Of a DNA stretch of 64,000 nt, positions 40,747 to 52,443 are shown piece after piece. The notes under the pieces were generated by a model, which saw only the letters and a list, made by a program, of their open reading frames with translations, was not told the DNA's origin and searched no databases. Origin of the DNA: Lytechinus pictus. Lineage: Eukaryota. The position numbers and the translations under genes are program-made. The stretch is taken from NCBI RefSeq assembly GCF_037042905.1, contig NC_087246.1, positions 11,718,001 through 11,782,000 on the forward strand. The letters are read 5' to 3'. Every line of letters starts with the position of its first letter. Position 1 is the first letter of the stretch.

Positions 40747-43083
40747 CTTCATCTACAAGGATCTCAGCTAGTGTTTTTCCTGCCATTTCTGGCATTGCTC
40801 CATTCTCCATCAAAAACAGAAGCTTTGACACTTTTGCCACTATTAACACGTCTTCAGGTAAGCCAAAGTCCTGATGGGGTGTTCCGATGCCTTGTCCAAG
40901 AAACAATGTCAAAATACCTTGTTCATTCTTTCTCAAGTTCATCACCTGATAAATGGTAGCAATGTGATGTTTCAGCTCTGTTGATTGGATGTTCTCTGGA
41001 TGTTTTGCACCACACCTAACTGCATGCGTATGGATTGCATCATTCCCTTTGATATGACCTGTAGAGTTGAGGAGAGGAAAGAAGAAAGGATTCTCATCCA
41101 AGACACCTGCATCTGTACGTCTACGTCTGAGAAGATTCATGGCTTCTTTCACACCTTGGGTTAGTAACAAAGGCACTTTCCTATCATCCTCTCCGGTGGT
41201 TTCCATCACCCACATCACTCTGCAGAGCTGTTTCTCAAACTCTGTTAATCCTCCAAGCGTGCTCTTTCCATTGTTTCCTGAGACACACTCATCAAAATCA
41301 AACACTTTAATCTTCGATGGATCACCGGATCGTTTGCAATTGAATACCAATACTGACGTTAAGACCACCTCACTCAATTCTGTGAATGGCCCAGCTACAT
41401 TTTTTATTGACTGGTGTAGGGCCTCCTTTCCTTCCTGTACCTTTTGATTCAAATAAATTGATAGCTTCATTACATCATTTGTGAGAGACGAGTACTTTGT
41501 ACTCTTCAATATTTCTGCATTTTCAGAATGGCAAGCCATTTGATCATTCCATTCATGTTCACATAATTTGATGAAGTTTTTTGCTCTTGTCTCCAAACCT
41601 TCATCTCTGTCACAAACTGCCATTCCAAGGAGTATTCCTCCTGCATGCTTCAATGTATACCTTATTTTCAGAGTGAATGAAAGACTAGGCATGTGTTTCT
41701 TCCCATTACACCCTGCTGCACATCTGGCTGCTTTTACAACATTTCTGAACTTCACAGGGTCAATGACATCTGAGAATGATGCATTTTTCTCATTTGTGAT
41801 CTCCCTGTAGGCAAGTAACAGTCGCCCGATATTGCGAAGTTTGCCTTTGATGTCATAAAAGTGCTCTTCTTCTTGCCCTAACTTGAAAACCACTTTTTCT
41901 GCCAATTTTTTCACAAGCATGTCGTCCTTGATGAGAGCTGACACATCATCTTCCCTCATGCTTGAAAATATTTTATTGACCCGTTCACTTGCATCACCAG
42001 TTGTTGGTAGCAGAAAGGAGCTTAGACTAATCAACTTTTGTTTTTTCTTCTTCTCACCTCCAGTCAGCTTGCTATCCTGGTTACTTTTCTTTACCTTGCA
42101 AGAATGCTTCCATAAATCTGCCTTAGCAAAGAAGCCAAAGCAAGACATACATGGTACATAGTTCTTATAACTGACTTCATGAGTAGGTCTATACACAGGA
42201 ATTATTGTTCCTTTACCTTCTCTTAATACCTGTGTATTGTGATAAAAGTTTCCTGAGTTTCTCATCCTTGTTAACCTCTCAAGTTTCAAGAGTGGGTCAC
42301 TTGTATTTAACCACTGGATTACCTGGGGTTCGTGTTGGTGTTCCTTACAAACTAAATGTCTTGTAAGTTTCATCTGGAGTTTGTGGCAGAAAGGACAGTA
42401 CGCTCCTTTGTCAAATTTCCTCCTTACACTATTGTTTGAACGCATTACTTTGATGTCACAGTTTGTGACATCATTCTTGTCTTCACTACCCATAGTCTTG
42501 TCATCAGACTCCATGGATGTGACAGAATCACCTTCTGCAGCATCATCAATTCCTAATGCACATAATTCATTATCAGCATCACTTTCAGCATGATGTGTTG
42601 TAACATGATTTGATATTGAATACTCAAATTTACTTTTCACTAAGTGCCTCTTGCACCTATTTACTACTGAAGTACCCTTAAATATTGTTGATATGAGGTG
42701 TTCGGTAGTGGCATCCACGGTCAATTCAGATTCAGAATCACATTCTGGTGAAGTGGGGTTGTCAGAATCACCATCTATTATAACAGACTCTGAATCAGGA
42801 TCTACCAGTTCTAGTGAGATGGGGCTGTCAGCATCAGAGGCACCAATACTCCATACACATTCTTGATAAGGTTCCTGTAGAAGTGACTCCGAAACAGGAT
42901 CCAGTTCTGGTGAGGTGGGGCTGTCAGTAGCAGAGGAACCAATACTCCATACACACTCTTGATAAGGATCCTGTAGAAGTGACGAGTGATTTTCAGTAGC
43001 ACCATCCACACTCATCATAGACTCGAAATAAGGATCCACTTGTGAATTGAGGTCACCAATAGCTTCCTTACTGTTTGCTGATT
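40747..43083 (-). CDS. Large exon (2337 nt, phase 1-1) encoding two zinc-binding motifs and a Crypton-like tyrosine-recombinase-fold domain with degenerate active site
   Basis: Uninterrupted 779-codon frame with acceptor at 43084-85 and donor G|GTAAAG at 40746. Motifs YCPFCHK..KLTRHL..H, GNFYHNTQVLREGKG, YVPCMSCFGFF..LWKH, FNCKRSGD, RKVPLLLT, NPFFF, STELKHHIAT, FLGQ, LPE..AKVSKLL resemble animal transposon-type tyrosine recombinases (FNRRRxGE, GKRGRKVPVLL, STKLRKHIAT, FLGH..H..YY.LPE). Confidence 0.8.
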
Positions 43084-43448
43084 CTGTAGATCAAAGACAT
43101 ATACCGGTAATTTGAATGATTAGAATTACAGTCAAATGACCAATACTATACCCAATCATTGAGATATTGCTCATATAAATGTCAATTCATTGTCACGCTA
43201 TAGGAATAGTGGTCACAGTGATTTTTTTTTAATTACAGTTTGTTTAACATTTGCAATCTGAGAGCATTCTGAGTGTTTGACCAATCATGAGGCAAGTCTG
43301 TCTTGCACTTAAAACTGTTGAGGGGCATTTATTTATTTATTCACCCCAAATATGATATCAGCCAATGATCATTTGCACCACGTATGAACACAATTGGTGC
43401 AGAAATAAGAGCAAGAAACAAAAATTTCGATATTTTCAAAATAAGAAA

Positions 43449-44412
43449 GACTAGAAAAGCTCGGTGGGTCGTGCGGCCGAGCACATGTATCCCCCAAACC
43501 CACCGCATCATCCATCATTGCGATATATCGAGCTCACTCAGAAATTATCATGGCAACAACAACCCTGCCCACATTTTGCCTCTGGGTACAAAATTTGATG
43601 ACAACAATATAACGCAGCAGCGTGATCTTTCAGCCACCTTGCACTGAGAATTTACATATAGTTGTAATATTCTTTCAAGTGCAAAATGTTGCCCGGCACC
43701 CATGACAAGGACGCAGATCACAAGCATATTCTTCAAAGCATTTTTTCTTAAAAAGACTTCACACTTTGTACAAAATTAAAATACAGACATTTGCATAATA
43801 TTTTGGAGATGTTTTGGGTAATATTTCAAATGTTTGGAACAATATTGCACATATGTGGTTTAAATTTGGATATGATAGATTGCCCTGAAGTATATGACGG
43901 GTGCCAATAGTCAAGAGGCTCTAATTTTGAGCCTGTTTATTTGAACACTTGAAACAAGCAAGTAGAAAACAAACTACATCTTTTCTATATGTGAACAGCA
44001 TGGTCAGGTACCTTGGAATGAAGTAAGCTTGATACATTGGATTGTCATAGTTATTGGTAACACTCACTTGGATTGTTACCATGGCAATAAAGACCCCCCC
44101 CCACTAAATATGATAGGCATCTTCGCTTTACCTTCTAATATTGCTTTTGTGTGCCAACCATTATGACAAACTGGAAAAAAATGCAGAAGTTACAGGTTTT
44201 ACCAAATTTTCCACAAAAATATCGTTACCATTGCAATCATGTCTCCACCCACTCCAAAATCAATAGGCGGCTTTGCTTTATCATAATGGACCTTCATGAC
44301 AAATTTGAAGATGATCGGAGAAGAAACGCAGCCAGTAGAGCACTCACAAGGTAATCTTTGCGATGAGGCCAAATCCATAGTATCCTCCAAACTCTGTTCG
44401 GGGGATACAATT
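43449..44412 (+). mobile_element. Helentron/pearl-like non-autonomous element
   Basis: Subterminal inverted motif TGTATCCCCC (~43486) / GGGGGATACA (~44400-44409), with a 3' hairpin GTATCCTCC...GGGGGATAC. Confidence 0.55.
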
Positions 44413-45367
44413 ATGTGTATGGCCTCCCACTATTTGACCTTTTTAACCGACAGATGACCTCTGACCTTACTATCTTCATCAAAATAAGTATGGTATTTAC
44501 CCAAAGATCATTTGTATCGACTATGAACAAAAATGATGCCGAAATAAAGAAATAATAGCAAGTTTAACAAAAAATTTAACAGTTTTGTAACAGATCAACA
44601 GGAACATTTTTAAATCAAACCAACAGGAATAATGAATTACTGGGTCTCTGCCCAACTTCGATCAGGCCAAACAACTATAACTGGAGATCTCAGGCAAAGA
44701 GATTTCCCTATCTAGAGTCCTGATGCTATGGTAACTTAATATTCAGCATCAATATTATGGAAATATTAGGGTATCAGCATTTACAACAGGGTATCATAGT
44801 CCTTGATGTTTAAAGCATGGACTCAACAGGTTTACATCTTAAATGGTAATGTTTTATGGAAATATTGTTTCACTTCTGGATGTACGCTATCAATTGCAGG
44901 GGATTAGATCTGTCTTTTGAATAGAGAGTCATGTGTTTGGACCTCTCCTATGATGTGTTTTTCTTTCTGCAAGAAACTTATCCATATTGTGATGCATTCG
45001 ACCCAGATGAGGTTCTACCTGGCAGGATTAATCACTTGAATGCATTGAGCATCAAAATTAAGCAGCAGATCGAGCTTAAGCCTTGGTAATAATAATTGTC
45101 CCTTTTATCCTTTATCTTAAAATCCAGCTTTCATCATTGTTATCAATATTCAAGATTTAAATCTCAACTCAGAGAATTAGTGGATATTACTTTTAGAAAA
45201 GTTTGGGATTTAAATCCTTGTAATTGAGAGTGAATAAATATCTCAGGCACAGAGATTTTTTGCGAGTATGGCTAATCATAGTTAGATGTAAAAGTAGTAT
45301 CTACTGCAGCCATTACGTATGCAACTTATAAGTACGGATCCTATAACAGGCAAAATATTTGTTAAAG

Positions 45368-45414
<47 letters not shown>

Positions 45415-46129
45415 GTATATATATAATTGCATGATTGATCTAAGGTAGATATGAAGTTTGTCTCTATTGCTGCATTTAAATCATTTGAACCTGAAAATTT
45501 ATTTAAGATTTAAGCATAAGTCCAGAGACAGACTGCTCATTGCAAATTCATGTAAAGTGTGTGAATTGTATGTTGATTTTGTTTGAATGATTGATCAAAG
45601 GTAAATGTGAAGTTAGTCTCTACCGCAGCCATCTTGTCTGCAACTAGTTCTTGACTTTTAACATTGATATGGGCCCTGAAACATAAACAATATATATAAA
45701 GTTTAACAGTAGCTTGCAACTAGGCTACAGTGTTATTGTACAGGGATATAAGGACAACTAGTCAGTAGTTTTTATCATTAAAATATCATGTCCATGGATA
45801 CAACTTCTAACTTCACAATTTCTAATCCATAAAGGGAGTGTTTACCTATATAGCTACTGCATGAAAGCACTAGAAATTTACTCCCACTTCCTACTAGATT
45901 TTCATTTAACACAAGGGACCAATTGTATAGACTTTTTCCTTTAAAAATAATCTGGTAAAATGATGACACAGAGTTAGCACAGTCCTGCCAGTGGCATTTA
46001 AGGGATAAAATCCGGTAAAAAATAACTTTGAAGTTTTCTATGGCTAAATTTTTATTTTTGCAATAGAGGGTCCTCATTGAAGAGGGGGAAATACAGATCA
46101 CGGTCTTGCTTAAGTCAGTCATGTCCATG

Positions 46130-46550
46130 ATTTATTATCATCATCATCATCGTCGGCTTCCTTTATTGTAACCATCATCTTCATCAGTCATCCACCATCA
46201 GCAGCACCTTCACCATCATTATCATCAACATCACCACCATAATATCTTGTCATAATCACAATAATTTCTTGTCATAATCACCATTATTTATCATCATCAC
46301 TCATTCATCATCATCACTCATTCATCACCAGCAGCAGTCAGTCATTCATCATCAGCAGCCGCATCTTCATCTTCATCATCATCATCATCATCATCAATCT
46401 ATCATCATTACCATCATCTTCATCATCATCATCAGTTCACAACCACCACCATCAGCCATTGTCATGATCACGATAATCATTGTCATTCATCATCATTCAT
46501 CATCATCATCATCATATGCATGATTATCATAATTATCACCACAATCATCT
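46130..46550. repeat. Degenerate (CAT)n microsatellite / low-complexity tract
   Basis: Long imperfect CAT/CAC/CAG trinucleotide run. A similar short tract lies at 26997-27065. Confidence 0.9.
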
Positions 46551-47634
46551 TTCACAAGAAATACTTTATTCCATGAAAAAGCAGACATATAGCATAAATT
46601 TTATGAAAGACATATTCTGATACAGGGAATCAGCCACCAAAAACAAAGACAATGAAAACTGTCGTTTTTAAACGTACAGATACGCCTTGGTATTTGCCAT
46701 TGTCAAAACACCTGTATGTTCTCCTTAAGATGCAGATAATCATTAATAAGTGGCGGAACTTGTTTGATCAAAGAAAGAATCAAGTTGAATGTAGAGTTTG
46801 GGTAGTCCATTCAGGACCAACAATTGCCCGTGAAAGATACATGGTGTAACGTGAAACCCACTAAACTCTTCTTCTTTGCCATGGAAACCTTCAGAAGTTA
46901 CAAGTTGAATGTCCATCTCTACTAGCTACAATGGTTGATTTAACATTTCTTTTCAAAATCCCTCTGAGATATTTTCACTTTTCTAAACCTTACTCAATAT
47001 TAAAGTTTTGAAATGATTAATTCAATGATATGTAATGTACATGTGGAAGGCTGTATCACATGTATTGTACAAAAAGGTAGACTACATGAAGTATTAATGT
47101 GTTCTGCTTGTAAAATTTTTCTATTAAAAGGTAAGCCAATCCACATTCAGAGTCACTTAAATGAAAAAAGGAAAAATCAAACAAATGTAACAATAAAAAT
47201 TACATCAAAAGCAGATAAGAAAGTGTAACATTTTAAAGCTTCGCTTAATTTCACAAAAACAGAACATATACATGCACATTCCGGTCAGTATGCAAATAAT
47301 GGAACTAATGGCATCACCTAATCATCATTTCCTTTGTATGTTATCATGAGAAATTTAAAATACAATGTTCCTTATTATAGAGTTTGTGAAGTAAGGTTTC
47401 ATAAGGATCGCCATAGTTGCAACCTACTGTCATTCAACAAACATGCATCCTTTGGCTCTAACTAAAAATCAACTTACTGATACATGTAAGTGGAAATGGA
47501 CTTCAACAACATACCAGTATACCAGTGTGTGTGAATGGTAATTTATGTCTGGGACCAACCCACAAAGTCATCTAAAACTTAAAAGACACTTAATAAACTC
47601 CAACTCAAACCAAAGTATGGGGGAAAGATCCCTG

Positions 47635-48637
47635 GGGCCCGTTTCTCAACACCGTCATAAGTCTAACTTCTTGACTAAATCGGAGATAGTGAGCTACTTG
47701 TCCGCTAACCGTTTCACGACGCCCACTTTACCAAGATCGGGTACAACAACCTCACTAAATAATTATGACACCTCCGAACCTGTCATAACTTTTTTCTTAG
47801 TGACGTAGTGGCATCATGTGGGTAGACTATGACATGCAAAAGTGCCAAGAAATTTGAAAATTATAATCTTACGTAATCAATCATAGAGGTTGAAATTACA
47901 TTGCAAAACAGGTGTGATAGATCATTCAATAATAATTGTGATGCACAGAAACTATAAAAACTGTTGGTACAACGCAACAAAGACATTAATTTTGAAATAG
48001 TAAATAATCAAATCAATAAAGATTCTACCACGTCAGGTCATCCATAACTGGACTCGTTGTTTTCAGCCCCTTATCAACACTTTGATAAATTCTCTAATTG
48101 ATAAAATCTCTAATTTATGCAAATAATTTGTCAATTGTGTGTTTCGGTATCTAAACATTTTAAAATTTATGTTAAACTATATTTTGATGATGTTTGGAAC
48201 CATTAATAAACGTATAATTATCATTATTTTACAAAGAAAACCATTTTGGTTTACTTCCGTAAACTATCAAAATTTACTATCCCGGGGGTACCCATCTCAA
48301 CGTTCACATGTGATATTATAGTCATGAAAAGAATTATTCATAATTTTATTTTCTCAGCAATTGAATGCTCCAGTCGTCATGGTTTAAGTATGCATGGTAC
48401 ATATTTTGCCTCTGCTATCATTTTGATTAGATTTATTTCCAAATTAATCACAATAATTGCATTTTTATCATTTGTGACTAAGGCTACGTCTCGTCTGCTC
48501 TTTCCACCGATAGTATCGATATCAAGGGATTCTAGTTAGGAAGCATTTCGTGAAACGGGTTTAGTAAGATTGGAACTAACTCCGTGGTTGGCGGATAAAG
48601 ATATGACTAACTTGTCCATGTGTTGAGAAACGGGCCC
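47635..48637. mobile_element. PIF/Harbinger-like non-autonomous element just downstream of the zinc-finger stop
   Basis: CTG|GGGCCCGTTTCTCAACA ... TGTTGAGAAACGGGCCC|CTG: 17-bp perfect TIR and 3-bp TSD. Confidence 0.85.
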
Positions 48638-48765
48638 CTGAATACATTCTCTATAATATGGGAAATCCCCAGGTCCTTTGCAAGCAACCCAAATTAAAGA
48701 TGAATCATATTGATACACAATTCTTTTGAGATGATGTTGAATTCTGGTTTCATAAAAGGCCTTGT

Positions 48766-50204
48766 TTAATTTGATTCTCCTGTGTGCACACGGAAATGAC
48801 TTTTTAGATGAGATTTGCGAGAAAATGTTCTCTTGCAGAATGCACATTCAAATGGTTTTAATCCAGAGTGAACTTTCGAATGACGTACAAGATCACTCTT
48901 CTGGGCAAAGCATTTCTTACAATGTGAACATTCATATTTCTTTCCACCTATGTGCATTTGGAGATGACCTTCAAGATAATATTTACGGGTAAATCCTTTC
49001 CCACAGAAAAAACATTCATGTAGCTTCTCTCCTGTATGTGTTTTGACATGCTGCTCAAGATCAGATTGACAATCAAATGTTTGTTTACAATGAGGACATA
49101 GATGTGAACATTCTTTGTTGTTTCCTTGGATGCGACGTCTTGGGTTACTTTGATCAGAAACTCCTTTCTTTTTCCCTGAATGTGTTCTCAGATGGCGTTC
49201 AAGACGACTTTGAGTGGAAAATAACTTCTTACAGTAAAAACACTCATGACACTTTTCTACAGCGTGTTTTTTGACATGACGTTGCATATCTGTTTTAAAA
49301 CAGAAAGTTTTCTTACATATGAAACATTCATACGGCTTTTCTCCTGTGTGTATACGAATGTGACATTTTAGATAATAATTACGAGCAAATCGTTTCTTGC
49401 AGTATGAACATTCGTATGGCTTTGCAAAAGTACAAACGTCCATATGATGTTCAAGATCACTCTTCTGAGAGAAACCCATCTCACAATGTGAACATTCATA
49501 TGGCTTTTCTCCTGGATGCGTTCTGTCATGATGCTGAAGATCAGACTGACAATCAACATTTTGTTTACTTTGAGTCTTGCAGAATGAAGGTTCATTCTTT
49601 TCTCCTGCATGTGTTACAAGATGACTCTCAAGATCAGTTTGAGAGGAAAATATCTTCTTACAGTATGAACATTCGTGATGCTTTTCTGCACTGTGTTTTT
49701 TGACATGATGGTGCAAATCCATTCTAAAAGTGAAGGTTTTCTTACAAATGGAACATTCATATGGCTTCTCTCCCGTGTGCATACGAATGTGGCTTTTTAG
49801 ATGACATTTACGTGAAAATGTTTTCGTGCAGAATGTACATTCATATGGCTTTAATCCAGAGTGGATTTTCAAATGACGTACAAGATCGCACTTCTGGGCA
49901 AAGCATTTCTTACAATGTGGACATTCATATTGTTTTCCACCTCTGTGCACTTGGAGATGGCCTTGTAGATAATATTTACGGGTAAATCCTTTCCCGCAGT
50001 AAGAACATTCATGTAGCTTCTCTTCTGTTATTCCTGTATGTGTTTTGACAAGTTGCCCAACAGCGGGTTGAAAAGAAAAAGCTTGTTTGCCGTTTGAACT
50101 TTCATTTAGCTTCCTTCCAGAATGTACAGTTGAATGGATTTTATCTCCACTGTTGAGTAACATATCATGATCTTTCCCATCTTGTTTGTTGTCAATAGTG
50201 TATT
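48766..50204 (-). CDS. Terminal exon encoding a tandem C2H2 zinc-finger array (12 canonical fingers, 1 C2HC, 1 degenerate)
   Basis: Repeated CxxC-x12-HxxxH with TGEKP-like linkers. Phase-1 acceptor TTTTTTGTCTTTGACTTCAG|AA at 50205-06. Stop TAA at 48766. Confidence 0.92.
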
Positions 50205-52443
50205 CTGAAGTCAAAGACAAAAAATAAGGAAAACATCCTGTCACCACTCCAATGACATGCCTGCCATAAGGACTTTCTACAAGCAGGTAAATGCAAATTA
50301 TCAGGGAAACAGACAACAGATGAACTAATACCCAATTGTGGATATGACTGTCAACCCTAGAAGAAAACTGAAAAGCCATACAGGATGCTGTCCTGTAAAT
50401 CCCCCATGGCATCGCATGGAGTGAAGCAGGCAAGCCAATTAATATTGATATTTGACCTTTTGACCCCTAGATGACCTTGACCCCATTATCCTCAATAACA
50501 CATGTATTACCAAAGGGTGATTTGATGCGGAAATAAAGAAATGAGAGAAAGTTACACACAAAAAATTCAAAAAAGGATAGACATGACCTCTTATCATTTG
50601 ACCTTTTGAACCCTAGATGACCTGAGACCCCATCACCCTCATCCGAGATGCCAACCTGAACAAGAACATTTCAGTATTTTAAAGGCTGAAAATCAGTATT
50701 TTAGTAAGAAAATCAGTACAATCACAAAAATACCAAAGGACAACACATATAAACTGAAACTTTAGTAATAAGTAATTTGCATGAAACCACCAGTATCCTT
50801 TCCGTAATAATTACTGGAAACCACTACTATTTGGCACTTCTATCTCATAGACACACGTGTGGTATTATCCAAGGATCATAACAAGTATGAACTTAGTAGA
50901 TGCAGAAATAAAGAAATGAGAGCAAGTTGAACAAAAACATTTAGGAACAGACTACTAACAGACCAACAGGAAAAGTGATAACAGGTTCATTCTCTACCAA
51001 ACTTCGTTCAGGCGAGACAAAATCATTTTTAAAGTCATGTGTCTGGATGTTTAAAAAGATTTTAAAATATATAGGTGAAACTTTTGATAAAAAACATGAT
51101 ATATAATAATCATTTTCATCCGACAAAAGTTGTTGTTTTCACACTTCATTTCTGTTTGTATATTTTTAGATTATGGTAAAGCTGAAGATCTTAGCTTTAA
51201 TATGATATAGGTTTTAGAGTTATTTTAGATGGGTCAGCATCTAGCATTTCATAGGCTAAGTATATTTGAAGTTTGAAAACAAGAATGCTACACTCTGATT
51301 GGTCAAAGAGACCACACAACCACCCAAATTCCAACGGATCCATGCTGGGGCCTCTCCAAGGTCACGCTCACCACATGGTTATCTCATCAAGTTACCAGCA
51401 CCTGAAACCTTATACAGTCAATTAGAACTCTGTATTTTATGCTACTCAGAATTTTCAGAAATAAGAAATCTTGTCTTGTATCTTGATGGGAAAAGCTGGC
51501 TCTTGACCCATCTAAAAGTGCTACATATCAGAGTAACATTATGAGAAACTAGATTTTCAGCTTTCTGATGATATAAATAGTATTTGGGCCAAAATAAGTT
51601 TTTTACAATTTGCAAGATAAATCAGAAGAAAATTCTGTTTTGAGGCATCTGTTCAGGTTTGAAATTCACTCTTTATCAATATATTTTAATCAAAATAAAT
51701 GACCAATATAAAAGAGTAACATTTATCTATAGTACAAAAATAATCAATTTTACTTGAAGTTAAAGTGGTTAAATTTTGTTATGAAGAAAGCCTTGTTGTA
51801 CACGAGATTTTGAAATTCAGCCACAAGAGGATTTGGATAAATCGTACTCATTAGCAGAGGGACCTGCAGTCTGACCGAAACTTACTTGAAAAGGGAAAAT
51901 AAACTATATATACCATGGGCCGAAGACATAACACCAGAGAGAAAAGGGCCATAGCGGCATAGCCTGGATGGCTTATACAGTTAATGAAAAGCGAGAGCTG
52001 GGAAAGAGGATTCATGCAAAGCAAAAAGAAAATCGCCCTAAAAGTGCGCTTTCACACTCACAAGTACAACATAGGCTCCCACACAAGGCAAAAGACTGTC
52101 TTCTCCAACAGATGAAAAGAGAAGGGGCTGAGGAAACAGCTCAACTTTACCAGTAGTGGCAGTCTGACACACATTATCACAATCAACCAATCAAATCACA
52201 AATTAATCATGTCCATATAGACATTTTTAAACACAACTGTGTCAATTTAAAATTCCCCTCTAAAAAGCAAAATTTAGCCAAGAAAATGTTGAATCTGTGC
52301 TATATTGCCAAAGCAATAAAAAAAAAACACACAAAAGCATAAAAAAGGGTCTTCAATGTTAGGGTATCAAAGTAAATCAAGTCCTCAGCCTTAAAAATAT
52401 CAAACTGAAATAAATCTCAATTATGACAGTATGAAATGATATA

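Noticed and set aside
38480-43083. Active autonomous Crypton transposon
   Set aside because: The catalytic residues are substituted and no element termini were found.
45537-45719. AAGATGGCTGCG as a private first coding exon for the recombinase exon
   Set aside because: The adjacent GT would give phase 0, which is incompatible with the phase-1 acceptor at 43083, and there is no CpG-rich context. A non-coding role is not formally excluded.
50205-50433. Hydrophobic N-terminus of the 555-aa zinc-finger ORF (apparent membrane anchor)
   Set aside because: It lies upstream of a clear splice acceptor and begins at a non-ATG codon, so it is intron read-through.
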